57,319 nt of DNA, taken from IMG/VR virus record IMGVR_UViG_3300025520_000002; one strand, given 5' to 3'. The stretch comes from a virus. Both the position numbers and the translations under genes were made by a program. Numbering within the stretch: the first letter of the stretch is position 1; each line of letters begins with the position of its first letter. The notes under the pieces were generated by a model. The model was given only the letters and a program-made list of their open reading frames with translations, searched no databases and was not told the DNA's origin. Below, piece by piece: positions 26,828 to 35,216 of this stretch.

Positions 26828-27409
26828 ATGATCACGTCCCGCCAGTTCGCCGCGAAACTCACGGCGATCACGAAGTCTGACGACGCGCTGCGCACGGCTG
26901 TGTGCGATGCGCTTGCGTTCGCTGTGTTCCATCACACGGCGCACAAGAACAAAGACCCGGTCAAGCGCTTGCATGCCGCCGTGTCGGGCATCAAGTGGCT
27001 GTCCGCTGCGCTGTCTAAGGTGCAGATGCCCGTCACGAAGAAGGACTACACGGAGCAGGACGCCGAAACGTTCGCCACGTTCGCTGTCCGCGGTATCTGG
27101 GATGGGCAGCAGGCCAAGCGCGAGAAGTCCCGCGATGAGCGCAAGGTCCGCAAAGCCGTGAAGCCCGCAACGGACGACACGCCGAAGCCGGAAGAGCTGA
27201 CCGGCAGTCCGATGGATGAAGCCGTCATCGGCGGCGACATCATCGACGGGAAAGTTGTCGAAGTGGTCGAGCTGACCATGCCGGCTGACACCTGCGTGTT
27301 GATCGGGCTCGACGCCGTGCCGCTTGAACTGACGGTCGAGGAATACGAAGCTGCGCTGCGCGCCGTCATGGCACTGCGGATGAAGGACCGCGCCCTCAAG
27401 GCAGCGTAA
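26828..27409 (+). CDS. Hypothetical early protein (193 aa)
   Basis: RBS AGGAG; coding-like bias; Lys/Glu-rich middle segment. Confidence 0.6.
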   Translation: MITSRQFAAKLTAITKSDDALRTAVCDALAFAVFHHTAHKNKDPVKRLHAAVSGIKWLSAALSKVQMPVTKKDYTEQDAETFATFAVRGIWDGQQAKREKSRDERKVRKAVKPATDDTPKPEELTGSPMDEAVIGGDIIDGKVVEVVELTMPADTCVLIGLDAVPLELTVEEYEAALRAVMALRMKDRALKAA

Positions 27410-27420
27410 TGCGGCACCCT

Positions 27421-27443
27421 GCCCGGTTCCGGCCGGGCCATTT
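27421..27443 (+). terminator. Weak terminator-like hairpin after the 193-aa gene
   Basis: GCCCGG-ttccgg-CCGGGC followed by CATTT; short U-tract. Confidence 0.3.
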
Positions 27444-27517
27444 CCACACCGTCGGCACCGCTGGCTGTTTGGAAATGTCTTATTGCTGGATTATCAGGCA
27501 CTTGCCGGGTATTTAGT

Positions 27518-27527
27518 CAGACGTCTG
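27518..27527. promoter_or_regulatory. Palindromic box CAGACGTCTG. Related AGACG(T/C)C boxes at 27736..27743 and 27640..27646, and reversed copies near 27553 and 27862.
   Basis: Read directly; about 5-6 boxes within 400 bp of otherwise non-coding DNA. Confidence 0.5.
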
Positions 27528-27605
27528 GTATATAGGCAACCCATTTGGCATTCCGTCTAGATCGGGCACTCCCCGCAAACGGCTTGCAGCTGTCTTTTAG
27601 ACCTT

Positions 27606-27761
27606 CTATATATATATAAATAGTATAAATAGTATAATAAGACGCCGATTTAGTAGCACCGCCATTGGCAGCCCGACCCTGCGCGGGTGCAGCTGAGCCG
27701 GAGCGTGTTAGTCCATGGCCGAGGGTGCTGTAATTAGACGTCTTTTTGTACTATTTATACT
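27606..27761. repeat. AT-rich island with a 25-bp imperfect inverted repeat (27622..27646 and 27737..27761, 22/25 match, 90-bp spacer)
   Basis: Left arm AGTATAAATAGTATAATAAGACGCC. The reverse complement of the right arm is AGTATAAATAGTACAAAAAGACGTC. A (TA)6 run at 27606..27618 and a perfect TATAAT at 27633..27638. Confidence 0.8.
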
Positions 27762-27774
27762 AAATGGCGTGTAG

Positions 27775-27861
27775 ATGTCGTTTGCGGGCATGCATAACTA
27801 GCCGAAATAGACAGTTCGCCCCCGTCGCACCCCCAGCCCGGCCCTCAAGTCGGGCTTTTTT
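27775..27861 (+). ncRNA. Candidate short transcript ending at an intrinsic terminator (5' end hypothetical)
   Basis: Terminator AGCCCG-gccctcaagt-CGGGCT-TTTTT at 27835..27861, downstream of the AT-rich repeat arm (TATACT at 27756..27761). No convincing ORF. Confidence 0.25.
27835..27861 (+). terminator. Rho-independent terminator
   Basis: 6-bp GC stem, 10-nt loop, T5 run. Confidence 0.6.
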
Positions 27862-27901
27862 ACGTCTTGACCCTGCCGACCAGCCCATAAGGAGCCCCGC
27901 C

Positions 27902-28027
27902 ATGGACACCCACTGCCTGTTCATTTCGGACGAGATTGGTCAGATGAACTTCAACGACGTGTCGAAGTGGCGACCCGATACGCGCACCGTCGAGCAGTAT
28001 CTGGCGGGCTGGGTCTTCGCTGCCTGA
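27902..28027 (+). CDS. Small hypothetical protein (41 aa)
   Basis: ATG preceded by AAGGAG. The upstream part of the 87-aa ORF crosses the terminator and is rejected. Confidence 0.35.
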   Translation: MDTHCLFISDEIGQMNFNDVSKWRPDTRTVEQYLAGWVFAA

Positions 28028-28074
28028 CCACTCAAAACGTATAATTAGGCCCTCCTCAACCCGGAGTACCCGCC

Positions 28075-28497
28075 ATGCTGCCGAGCCAACACGTCGTCGC
28101 TCGCCTCCTCACCAATATGCATCGTGTCGTGGGCGCAGTGGATACACGCATCGAGCAGGAAGACGACGTCAACGTCCTGCGTGGCCTGAACGCCCTCGCT
28201 ATGCGCTTCGACCGTGACGTGTCGATCGCCCGTGGCATCCTGCTCGACTTGAAGGATCTGGACAAGCCGTTCCCGCCCCGCATGTATATGGAGGGTGGGG
28301 ACTATCAGCTGCCCCGTGGTGCATGGCCCACAGCGCGCAGGGAATGGACGCACACGGTCGAACGGCTGCGTGCCTACGACAACGACCTCATCGCGTTCCA
28401 GAGCAGCAGCATCTACCGCGCCGAGCGCGACATCCTCACGGCGTGCGGGTTCGACACCTACGCCGACATGCTGGACGACACCCCCGCCTACGCCTGA
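28075..28497 (+). CDS. Hypothetical early protein (140 aa)
   Basis: RBS GGAG; coding-like bias; TATAAT at 28040..28045 upstream. Confidence 0.6.
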   Translation: MLPSQHVVARLLTNMHRVVGAVDTRIEQEDDVNVLRGLNALAMRFDRDVSIARGILLDLKDLDKPFPPRMYMEGGDYQLPRGAWPTARREWTHTVERLRAYDNDLIAFQSSSIYRAERDILTACGFDTYADMLDDTPAYA

Positions 28498-28542
28498 ACG
28501 GCTCGGCCACTGCGAGCACTCCGCCCGCTGTGAAGTATTTAT

Positions 28543-28559
28543 CTGCTAACACCTTGACA
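28543..28559 (+). promoter_or_regulatory. Motif copy CTGCTAACACCTTGACA
   Basis: First of two tandem copies upstream of 28610. Confidence 0.65.
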
Positions 28560-28581
28560 TCATCAGGGCGCTTGGCCTAAC

Positions 28582-28596
28582 CTGCTAACACCTTAC
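28582..28596 (+). promoter_or_regulatory. Motif copy CTGCTAACACCTTAC
   Basis: 13 nt upstream of the ATG at 28610. Confidence 0.65.
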
Positions 28597-28609
28597 CAAG
28601 GAGGCACTC

Positions 28610-28948
28610 ATGCCGATGATCCAGTGGAGCAGTGGTCCTTGCCCGCTCCCACCCGACACACCGGTCCGCGTTGTCTTCAACGATGGCTTTTCGTCCGTCG
28701 GAGAGGCATCCGACTACTCGTGGGAAAACGAAACATGGAATGACTACGTCACCGCCTACGAGGTGCTGACCACCGAGCCCGAGCAGCCCCAGTGGGAGTA
28801 CCGCGTCGTCCCCATGCCGAAATACGCGAGATACCCCGACTGCTCCAACGTGCTGGAGATACTGGCCGAGGCCGGTGACGACGGTTGGGAACTGGCCGCG
28901 GCGCCCGAGCAGTACGCACACTTCATCTTCAAACGGAGGAAAGCATGA
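28610..28948 (+). CDS. Hypothetical protein with a DUF4177-like C-terminus (112 aa)
   Basis: RBS AAGGAGG. The WEYRVV...GDDGWELAAA...HFIFKRR pattern. Two motif copies upstream. Confidence 0.5.
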   Translation: MPMIQWSSGPCPLPPDTPVRVVFNDGFSSVGEASDYSWENETWNDYVTAYEVLTTEPEQPQWEYRVVPMPKYARYPDCSNVLEILAEAGDDGWELAAAPEQYAHFIFKRRKA

Positions 28949-29184
28949 CCATCCGGTTCGCAACCCCCGACACCACCTGCCGTGTCACCTTCGGCAGCCT
29001 CAACTACGGCAGGGTGTTCAAAGTTCCCGAAAACGACTCCTACTACCTTAAGACACCGGTGTTTGCCCACTGCGGCAACACCTGCAACTGCGTCGATCTA
29101 ACCACCGGTTTGCCAGGCAACGGTCTCAATAGCTCGGACCTCGTCACCCCCGTAACCCTCGAAGCCCGTGAGGTGCAACCGTGA
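28945..29184 (+). CDS. Small paralog family member A (79 aa; MTI... to ...AREVQP)
   Basis: ATGA overlap with the upstream gene; shares the N-terminal MT(I/F) and C-terminal REVQP with the gene at 29582. Confidence 0.6.
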   Translation: MTIRFATPDTTCRVTFGSLNYGRVFKVPENDSYYLKTPVFAHCGNTCNCVDLTTGLPGNGLNSSDLVTPVTLEAREVQP

Positions 29185-29585
29185 CCATCACCCTCGCAAC
29201 TCTGCCGCAGGCCACCGCGCAGGAAGTCTTCGATCAGATCGTGGAGCACCTGCTCACCCAGCGGGAACAGTCCAGCGTGTTGGTCATGCGTGGGGCCGAT
29301 GAGTCCATCGACTGCTACTACCGATACGGCCCCCTCAAGTGTGCTGCCGGCTGCCTCATCGCTGACGACGAGTACCGACCCGACATGGAGAACGTGGCAT
29401 GGGGCGGGATAGTCCGTAGCGGGTGGGCGCCGGGGCACCACAAGACGCTCATCGAGCACCTCCAGGTCATCCATGACAACTACCCGCCGGCGTCCTGGCC
29501 GTACCGTATCAGCGAACACGCCAACAGGTTCGGCTTCACCCTCTCACCGCGCATCACCCAACTGATGAAGGAGATCCAACCGTGA
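29181..29585 (+). CDS. Hypothetical protein (134 aa, GTG start), inserted within the paralog array
   Basis: GTGA overlaps at both ends; starts MTIT and ends KEIQP. Confidence 0.6.
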   Translation: MTITLATLPQATAQEVFDQIVEHLLTQREQSSVLVMRGADESIDCYYRYGPLKCAAGCLIADDEYRPDMENVAWGGIVRSGWAPGHHKTLIEHLQVIHDNYPPASWPYRISEHANRFGFTLSPRITQLMKEIQP

Positions 29586-29821
29586 CTTTCAAACTCATCA
29601 CCGGTCAAGCTGACCGTCAGCTGTTCAGTAACCTGCCCAGAGGCACTGTGTTCCGCATCACGGAAGGCGGCGCCATCTACGTGAAGGTCGAGCCGACTGG
29701 CTACGGTAAGGCCGGGTACCCGGCCAACGCCATCAACCTGTCCGACATGAACGTCACCAACGTCAGCGAGGATCGGCAGGTCTACCCCACCACCATTGCA
29801 GCGCGCGAGGTGCAACCGTGA
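29582..29821 (+). CDS. Small paralog family member C (79 aa)
   Basis: MTFKLITG...GTVFRI...IYVKV...AAREVQP; GTGA overlaps. Confidence 0.6.
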   Translation: MTFKLITGQADRQLFSNLPRGTVFRITEGGAIYVKVEPTGYGKAGYPANAINLSDMNVTNVSEDRQVYPTTIAAREVQP

Positions 29822-30042
29822 CCATCACGATCGTGAACAAGCTGACCGGAGCGAAGGCCCACCCGAAGGTCGAGGACATGGGTGAAGGCGACGTGTTCGT
29901 ACTTCTGGGCAGCCCCGCTCAAGGGCCGTACATGATGACCACCACGGGGGACATCATCGACCTGTCCACCGGCTACTCGGTCGACTTCGACAGCGAGGCC
30001 CCCGTCCGTGAAGTGAACATCACCATCGAGGTGACGGCATGA
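29818..30042 (+). CDS. Small paralog family member D (74 aa)
   Basis: MTITIVNK...GDVFVLL...; start junction identical to the one at 29181. Confidence 0.55.
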   Translation: MTITIVNKLTGAKAHPKVEDMGEGDVFVLLGSPAQGPYMMTTTGDIIDLSTGYSVDFDSEAPVREVNITIEVTA

Positions 30043-30308
30043 GAACGAAGTTCATCCCGAAGGAACGTCTGGTACCTGCATACCCCACGTTCGGCGAGTT
30101 GGAGGTGGGCCAGGGCTTCCGCTGTAAGGGCAGCCCGGATGAATACGTCTTCGTCAAGGTCGACGGTGACAACTTCCATGTAGGCGCGACCGGCAGTAGC
30201 AACGAGGGCATCCACCCCAACTGCGTGGCTTCCAACAATTGGCGGGCGTACCACATGGACCCTGAGCTGACTGTTATCCCCGTCGACCTCGAACTGCGGG
30301 AGCTGTGA
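30039..30308 (+). CDS. Small paralog family member E (89 aa, more diverged)
   Basis: FGELEVGQGFRCKG...YVFVKV pattern; ATGA overlap. Confidence 0.5.
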   Translation: MRTKFIPKERLVPAYPTFGELEVGQGFRCKGSPDEYVFVKVDGDNFHVGATGSSNEGIHPNCVASNNWRAYHMDPELTVIPVDLELREL

Positions 30309-30309
30309 C

Positions 30310-30501
30310 ATGAAGATCACCCGTGACCCCCCATCCTTCAGGCCGGTGACCATCAGGCTGGAGTCGGAGGATGAAGTCGACAAGCTGGTGGCGATCGTTG
30401 CTGGCGTCGCCCGGAATGTCCTCGTCCACACATCACCGGTCATAGCCGCCGCCAAGGACTTCGAGGCGCGGTTCTGCAGACTGCTCAACGAGGACAACTG
30501 A
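30310..30501 (+). CDS. Hypothetical protein (63 aa)
   Basis: ORF 2 nt after the preceding stop; GC3 bias. Confidence 0.5.
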   Translation: MKITRDPPSFRPVTIRLESEDEVDKLVAIVAGVARNVLVHTSPVIAAAKDFEARFCRLLNEDN

Positions 30502-30502
30502 C

Positions 30503-30649
30503 ATGCTCACCCTCTGGAGACTTCACAACTGGTGGCTGGATCAGCTGGTCACCTTCGCCAACTCACCACTCGACCACAAGGAGGACACGCTTCTCGGACT
30601 CATCTGTTTCGCTGTGCTCTGCAGTCTGCCGCATCTGCTGGACCTGTAG
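30503..30649 (+). CDS. Micro-ORF, hydrophobic peptide (48 aa)
   Basis: Translated by eye: MLTLWRLHNWWLDQLVTFANSPLDHKEDTLLGLICFAVLCSLPHLLDL. Starts 2 nt after the preceding stop. Confidence 0.35.
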   Translation: MLTLWRLHNWWLDQLVTFANSPLDHKEDTLLGLICFAVLCSLPHLLDL

Positions 30650-30703
30650 TACCTAACACCTCAACACGTAGTACCCACAACCCGCTCACCCAAGGAGATA
30701 TCC

Positions 30704-31195
30704 ATGAGCAAGAAACACGAACTGAACATCGTCATCAACATCGACTCGATCAACATCAACCACGGTGCCGGCAGCAACAACGGCCTGCTGGGTTTCCTCG
30801 CCCACCTGCTGGCCAACTCCGTCGTGACGTCGAGCACGAACTTCACCCCGAGCACCGGCGATGCCACGACCCCGGACACACCGATTGCCACTGCCGACCA
30901 GCCGACCCCGGTGCAGGACACCCCGCAGCCCCAAGCCCCGGCGGTGCAGAAGGCGAAGGTCGACTACACCTGGCCGCAGGTGGACGACGAGCTGAGCTTC
31001 TTCGAGTCGGCGAAGAACCTGCACAACGACGACACCGACAGCACCGCCTACCCCACGGTGATCGAGGTGACCGACGACTGGTTCCGTGTCAGCGGTGTGT
31101 TCCAGCGCAAGACCGGCAAGGGCACCCGCAGCGTGACGCTGAAGGTCAGCCGTGCCGAGGTGGCTGACGGCTCGGTGAAGTACGACATCTACTAA
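30704..31195 (+). CDS. Hypothetical protein (163 aa) with a Pro/Thr-rich linker
   Basis: RBS AAGGAGA; followed by a hairpin at 31218..31244. Confidence 0.6.
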   Translation: MSKKHELNIVINIDSININHGAGSNNGLLGFLAHLLANSVVTSSTNFTPSTGDATTPDTPIATADQPTPVQDTPQPQAPAVQKAKVDYTWPQVDDELSFFESAKNLHNDDTDSTAYPTVIEVTDDWFRVSGVFQRKTGKGTRSVTLKVSRAEVADGSVKYDIY

Positions 31196-31217
31196 GCCGA
31201 ACACTACGCAGTACAAG

Positions 31218-31244
31218 GTGGGCGGGGGGTCTGCCTCCGCCCAC
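31218..31244 (+). terminator. Terminator-like hairpin GTGGGCGG-N11-CCGCCCAC
   Basis: 8-bp GC stem after the stop codon; no U-tract; immediately followed by the motif variant at 31247. Confidence 0.4.
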
Positions 31245-31246
31245 AT

Positions 31247-31260
31247 CTGATAACACCTGA
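31247..31260 (+). promoter_or_regulatory. Motif variant CTGATAACACCTGA
   Basis: Follows the hairpin at 31218..31244; 24 nt upstream of the ATG at 31285. Confidence 0.5.
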
Positions 31261-31284
31261 ACAGAGCACCATTCAGGAGGAAGC

Positions 31285-33921
31285 ATGCCCGAACCAACAC
31301 CGCAACAGGAGGCACTGACTGCCTCGCAGGCTGCACAGCAGATCGACTGGCAAGCGTACGCGATTCCGCAGGATGTCCTGATGACCACTTTGGATAACGA
31401 CATGAGGCGCGCCCTCTGGCAGGACATCATGACACTGGACACCCGCCCCAACGTCGTCTTCCGCACCATGCCGGCGGTCACCTACGGACAGGTCGCTGAC
31501 GTCACCGAGTACCACACCGGCACGACCGCCGCCCACATCCCCGCCGTCACTCGCTCCGACAAACTGAGCTACAACATCGGGACACCCACAGCGGACTGCA
31601 TCAAGGAGGTCGCTGCTCTGTTCGAGGGAATCCCGTATGAGGGGTTCGTGAGCATGTATGACACGGTGTTCCACAACGGGGGGCAATACACCCGTTACGA
31701 CACCGTTAAGTGGGTGCTGCGTCTGATCAACTCCGGAGACTGCCTGGGCGCCCTCGGTGTGACTGCGGATGTGATGGAGGACTGTGAGTACGCGACGGCT
31801 TCCCTCCTCGCAGGGTGCACGTTTGGACGGGGGGTACCCCGTCGCGCACGTATCCGCTACCAGACCCACGGCCAGTACCTGACGGACCGCGGACTGCCCA
31901 CCCCCAAGTGGATGCGGGACGACTCGACGCACTACTCCTACGCCCCACTGCTCGGCCCGGAGGCTGAGGTGGTGCACACAGTAGGCGGGGCTCTCGCGTT
32001 CAGGGAGGAGGACGTGATGGCGGCGGTCCGCCTCGGCGGTAGTCGCCGTTGTAACCCCTACCACACACACGCAGTGAGGGCAATCAACGGGGAAGAGGCG
32101 ATCCGCTGGCCGTGGTGGCTGATCGACTTCGACCACTTGCTCGGAGACGCCGGGCAGAACTTGAGCCCCGAAGCCCGGCGCGCATGGCTCCGGATGCGGG
32201 CGTCCAACAACCTGCAGGCACGCATTGCGCGTTGGAACAGCGACGACATGCGCCCCGAGTACAACCCCAAGCGGACGGATATCAGCAGTGCCATTCACCG
32301 CACCCGTCACGCCGGGCTTAACGAGGCATTGATGTGGGCACGCAGCCACCAGAAGGAGTGGGACCGTGCGTATGTGCTCGAAGCTATGAGCATCAACGCC
32401 ACCTTGCCGTCCCGTCTTGGCCATGAGATGGACAACTACCGCAAGGCGAAGGCCAATAAGCTCGGGCTCAAGCACTTGGAATACTACGCTCGTCTCGACT
32501 GGATGGACCGCGAACGAGCGGGGCTGCCGCATAACCCCGACCTCGACCGGCCGTGGGACCGCAGTCGCAGCTGCCGTGGTATGCCGTGGTGTAACGAATG
32601 GTGGTGGTACGCAGGGACAAACCCGCTCGAACTCCTGCATCGTCCGGACGTTGCGACCGACCCGATGCAGCTCTCGTACTGGCAGAGCGCAGACAAGTTC
32701 CACCGTAACGTGCGCACCACCATCAAGCCGGGCAAGTACCTCAAGAAATACTTCGGGCTCAAGAGCAAGGACGCCCTGTTCCCCGTGCTGTCCGACGCCG
32801 AGATCCAGAAGTGGGCCGAAGCATGGGAGCGTGAGTTCAAGCCGGTGCCCGTGCACTTCAAGGAGGACAACGACCCCGACGGCTGGACGTGGGTGTACTC
32901 CAACGAGACGGGCTTCGAGTCGTGCATGTCGTCGGGGAAGAACTCGGGGCGAGGCCCGGACGCAGTGCGCATCTTCGCCAAGGAAGGCAACGGCCTGCGT
33001 CTCGCTTACACCACGGACACCGGAGAGCCGGACGGCATGGTGACGGCGCGCTGCATCGTCAACGACAAGGTCAAGTCGCGTGGTCGGGTGTACGGCGACG
33101 CTCGTCTGGGTATGACCCTCGGCCCCCTCGGGTACCTGCCGAAGGAACAGCAGCTCGAAGGTGTGGAGCTGGCGCTCATCGAGTACGACGCCAACCACTG
33201 GTACCTGCCCTACATTGACCGTGGTACCGAGTCGGGGGGCGGGAGCATGTACGTCAGGCTCAACGAAGACAAGACGGCACTCATCTGCACGTCAGAGCAC
33301 GTCGATGACTGCCAAGCATGCCGGTACGAGACGGCTCTCATCCCCAAGCGGTACCTCGATGCCGCCCACCGCATGAAGCCGGGCGACGAGATCATCCGAG
33401 AGGATGATGACGATGAAGAGTGCGTGCCGTGTGATGTCTGCGGTGAATACCGGCATGCGGAGGAACACGAACACTCATCGTTCCATGACGAGCATATCTG
33501 CCCCGACTGCATTGACGGGTACCGCTTTGCTTACGTGGGTCGCTATGAAATGGCGTGGGTGCGGAGTGATCTCGTAGTCGAGTGCGACGGGGAGGACTAC
33601 CTCGACCGACACGATGTGCTGTCAGCCCACGACCTGGCGCGCTGCGAGCACGACGGTGAGGTCTACTCGATCGACGATCTGGTGGAAGTGCCTTCGGGCG
33701 AGCGCGTCCACGCCATGTACGCCACTGCATTGGACCACGCCCACGAGAACGGCCACGGAGACACGTTCGACTGGTGTATGGACGAGGATGCGGTCGAGCT
33801 GCACGACGGCACTGTCGTCTTCAAGGAGGACGCTATCGAGTGGGAGGACGGTTCACTCCACCACGTCAACGACCCCGAGCCGGAGCAGGACGACGAAGCC
33901 GCAGAAGAACAAGCGGCATAA
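31285..33921 (+). CDS. Large orphan early protein (878 aa) with a Cys/His cluster and an acidic tail
   Basis: RBS AGGAGG. CVPCDVCG...HICPDC zinc-ribbon-like cluster (aa 713-742, nt ~33421..33510). C-terminal tail DPEPEQDDEAAEEQAA. No family recognised by eye. Confidence 0.7.
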   Translation: MPEPTPQQEALTASQAAQQIDWQAYAIPQDVLMTTLDNDMRRALWQDIMTLDTRPNVVFRTMPAVTYGQVADVTEYHTGTTAAHIPAVTRSDKLSYNIGTPTADCIKEVAALFEGIPYEGFVSMYDTVFHNGGQYTRYDTVKWVLRLINSGDCLGALGVTADVMEDCEYATASLLAGCTFGRGVPRRARIRYQTHGQYLTDRGLPTPKWMRDDSTHYSYAPLLGPEAEVVHTVGGALAFREEDVMAAVRLGGSRRCNPYHTHAVRAINGEEAIRWPWWLIDFDHLLGDAGQNLSPEARRAWLRMRASNNLQARIARWNSDDMRPEYNPKRTDISSAIHRTRHAGLNEALMWARSHQKEWDRAYVLEAMSINATLPSRLGHEMDNYRKAKANKLGLKHLEYYARLDWMDRERAGLPHNPDLDRPWDRSRSCRGMPWCNEWWWYAGTNPLELLHRPDVATDPMQLSYWQSADKFHRNVRTTIKPGKYLKKYFGLKSKDALFPVLSDAEIQKWAEAWEREFKPVPVHFKEDNDPDGWTWVYSNETGFESCMSSGKNSGRGPDAVRIFAKEGNGLRLAYTTDTGEPDGMVTARCIVNDKVKSRGRVYGDARLGMTLGPLGYLPKEQQLEGVELALIEYDANHWYLPYIDRGTESGGGSMYVRLNEDKTALICTSEHVDDCQACRYETALIPKRYLDAAHRMKPGDEIIREDDDDEECVPCDVCGEYRHAEEHEHSSFHDEHICPDCIDGYRFAYVGRYEMAWVRSDLVVECDGEDYLDRHDVLSAHDLARCEHDGEVYSIDDLVEVPSGERVHAMYATALDHAHENGHGDTFDWCMDEDAVELHDGTVVFKEDAIEWEDGSLHHVNDPEPEQDDEAAEEQAA

Positions 33922-33928
33922 CCAAGGA

Positions 33929-33940
33929 GTTAACACCTTA
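33929..33940 (+). promoter_or_regulatory. Motif variant GTTAACACCTTA
   Basis: Abuts the ATG at 33940. Confidence 0.4.
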
Positions 33941-35169
33941 TGAGTTACGCATCCAACGACGAAGGTGGTGAGGAGATCGCCATCAGAGCCGACGTCAAGC
34001 GACTGCTCCACATGATGAGCTACCGGCGCAAGCATGGTAGCCAGACAGAGGTCGACTTCATCACCGACTACCTCATACCGCTGCATGGCCTCTACAGCCT
34101 GCACGCCCCGCCCGCCAAGGAAGGCGAGGACATGGGTCCGGCCATGTGCTACGTCATCGACATCGGCACACCGACCGTCGTGTTCTCCAGCCACGTGGAC
34201 ACCGTCCACTCAGGTGGGGGGATGCAGGTGGTTGAGTACGACGCCAACCTGCAGGTGGCATACAAGCAGGACAACCAGCCGCTGGGTGCCGATGACGCTG
34301 CGGGTGTGTGGCTGCTCCTGGAGATGATCAGCGCCGGCGTGCCGGGACGTTACATGTTCCACCGTGGTGAAGAGTGCGGCGGTCTGGGCAGCAGGATGGT
34401 CGCCCAACACCACAAAGATCTGTTCGATGGCATCACCCACGCCATTGCATTCGATCGCAGAGGTGACTGCTCTGTCATCACCCACCAGCGGGGCGGGCGT
34501 TGCTGCTCGGACAAGTTCGCCGATGAGCTTGCGTGTCGACTGACTGCCTCGACGGGGCACACCCTTTCGGCGGACGACACGGGGAGCTTCACCGACACGG
34601 CCAACTACACCGACATCATCGGTGAGTGCACCAACGTCTCAGTCGGCTATCTGGATGAGCACTCCGGCAAAGAGATGCTGGACATCGAGTACCTGCTCAA
34701 GCTGCGCGATGCGTGCTGCGACCCTGCCATGTGGGTCGACCTGCCTGTGGTGCGCAAGGCTGGTGAGTACGAGCCTCGGACGTATGGCTACGGCGGCTAC
34801 GGTAGCTACGGCCGGCTGATGGATGAGTACGAGGAGGCGAGCTACCTCGGGTGGCTCGCACGGCACTGGCCCGACGAGACCCCGCAACGCAAGCTCTCAC
34901 TGGTGGAGAAGGAACTGGAGGGAGACCTGACTTACTCCGAGGTGCGACGGGCCAGCGGCGCCGACCTCAAGGAGTGGGCGATGCGCGCCAAGGCGAGCGA
35001 CGTGGTCGAGACCATCCTCAACCTGTCAGACCTGGTGTCCACGTACGAAGACGAGCTTGCAGAAGCGCCCGGCGATGAGTGGATCGGGTATGCCAGCGCG
35101 CTGGAGGATCTGCTGGAGGCCAACGGTATCCGCTTCGACCACCTCTCTATCGGCGGCGGCAGCAGTTGA
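33940..35169 (+). CDS. M28/M42-like co-catalytic zinc peptidase (409 aa)
   Basis: Ordered ligand-like motifs SSHVDTVH, LGADDAAGVW, HRGEECGGLGS, AFDRRG and GYLDEHSG. Confidence 0.6.
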   Translation: MSYASNDEGGEEIAIRADVKRLLHMMSYRRKHGSQTEVDFITDYLIPLHGLYSLHAPPAKEGEDMGPAMCYVIDIGTPTVVFSSHVDTVHSGGGMQVVEYDANLQVAYKQDNQPLGADDAAGVWLLLEMISAGVPGRYMFHRGEECGGLGSRMVAQHHKDLFDGITHAIAFDRRGDCSVITHQRGGRCCSDKFADELACRLTASTGHTLSADDTGSFTDTANYTDIIGECTNVSVGYLDEHSGKEMLDIEYLLKLRDACCDPAMWVDLPVVRKAGEYEPRTYGYGGYGSYGRLMDEYEEASYLGWLARHWPDETPQRKLSLVEKELEGDLTYSEVRRASGADLKEWAMRAKASDVVETILNLSDLVSTYEDELAEAPGDEWIGYASALEDLLEANGIRFDHLSIGGGSS

Positions 35170-35216
35170 TAGATGCCAGTGCAGTTGGACAGTAACCACA
35201 CGAGGGAGGAACCGCC

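Noticed and set aside
28554-28559. TTGACA hexamers adjoining motif copies (also 18008..18013 and 23813..23818 on the minus strand) as proof that the motif is part of sigma70 promoters
   Set aside because: Only three copies carry TTGACA. Suitable -10 hexamers at 16-18 nt are poor, except TTGACA-16-TATGGT at 17993..18015. Most motif copies lack any -35-like element.
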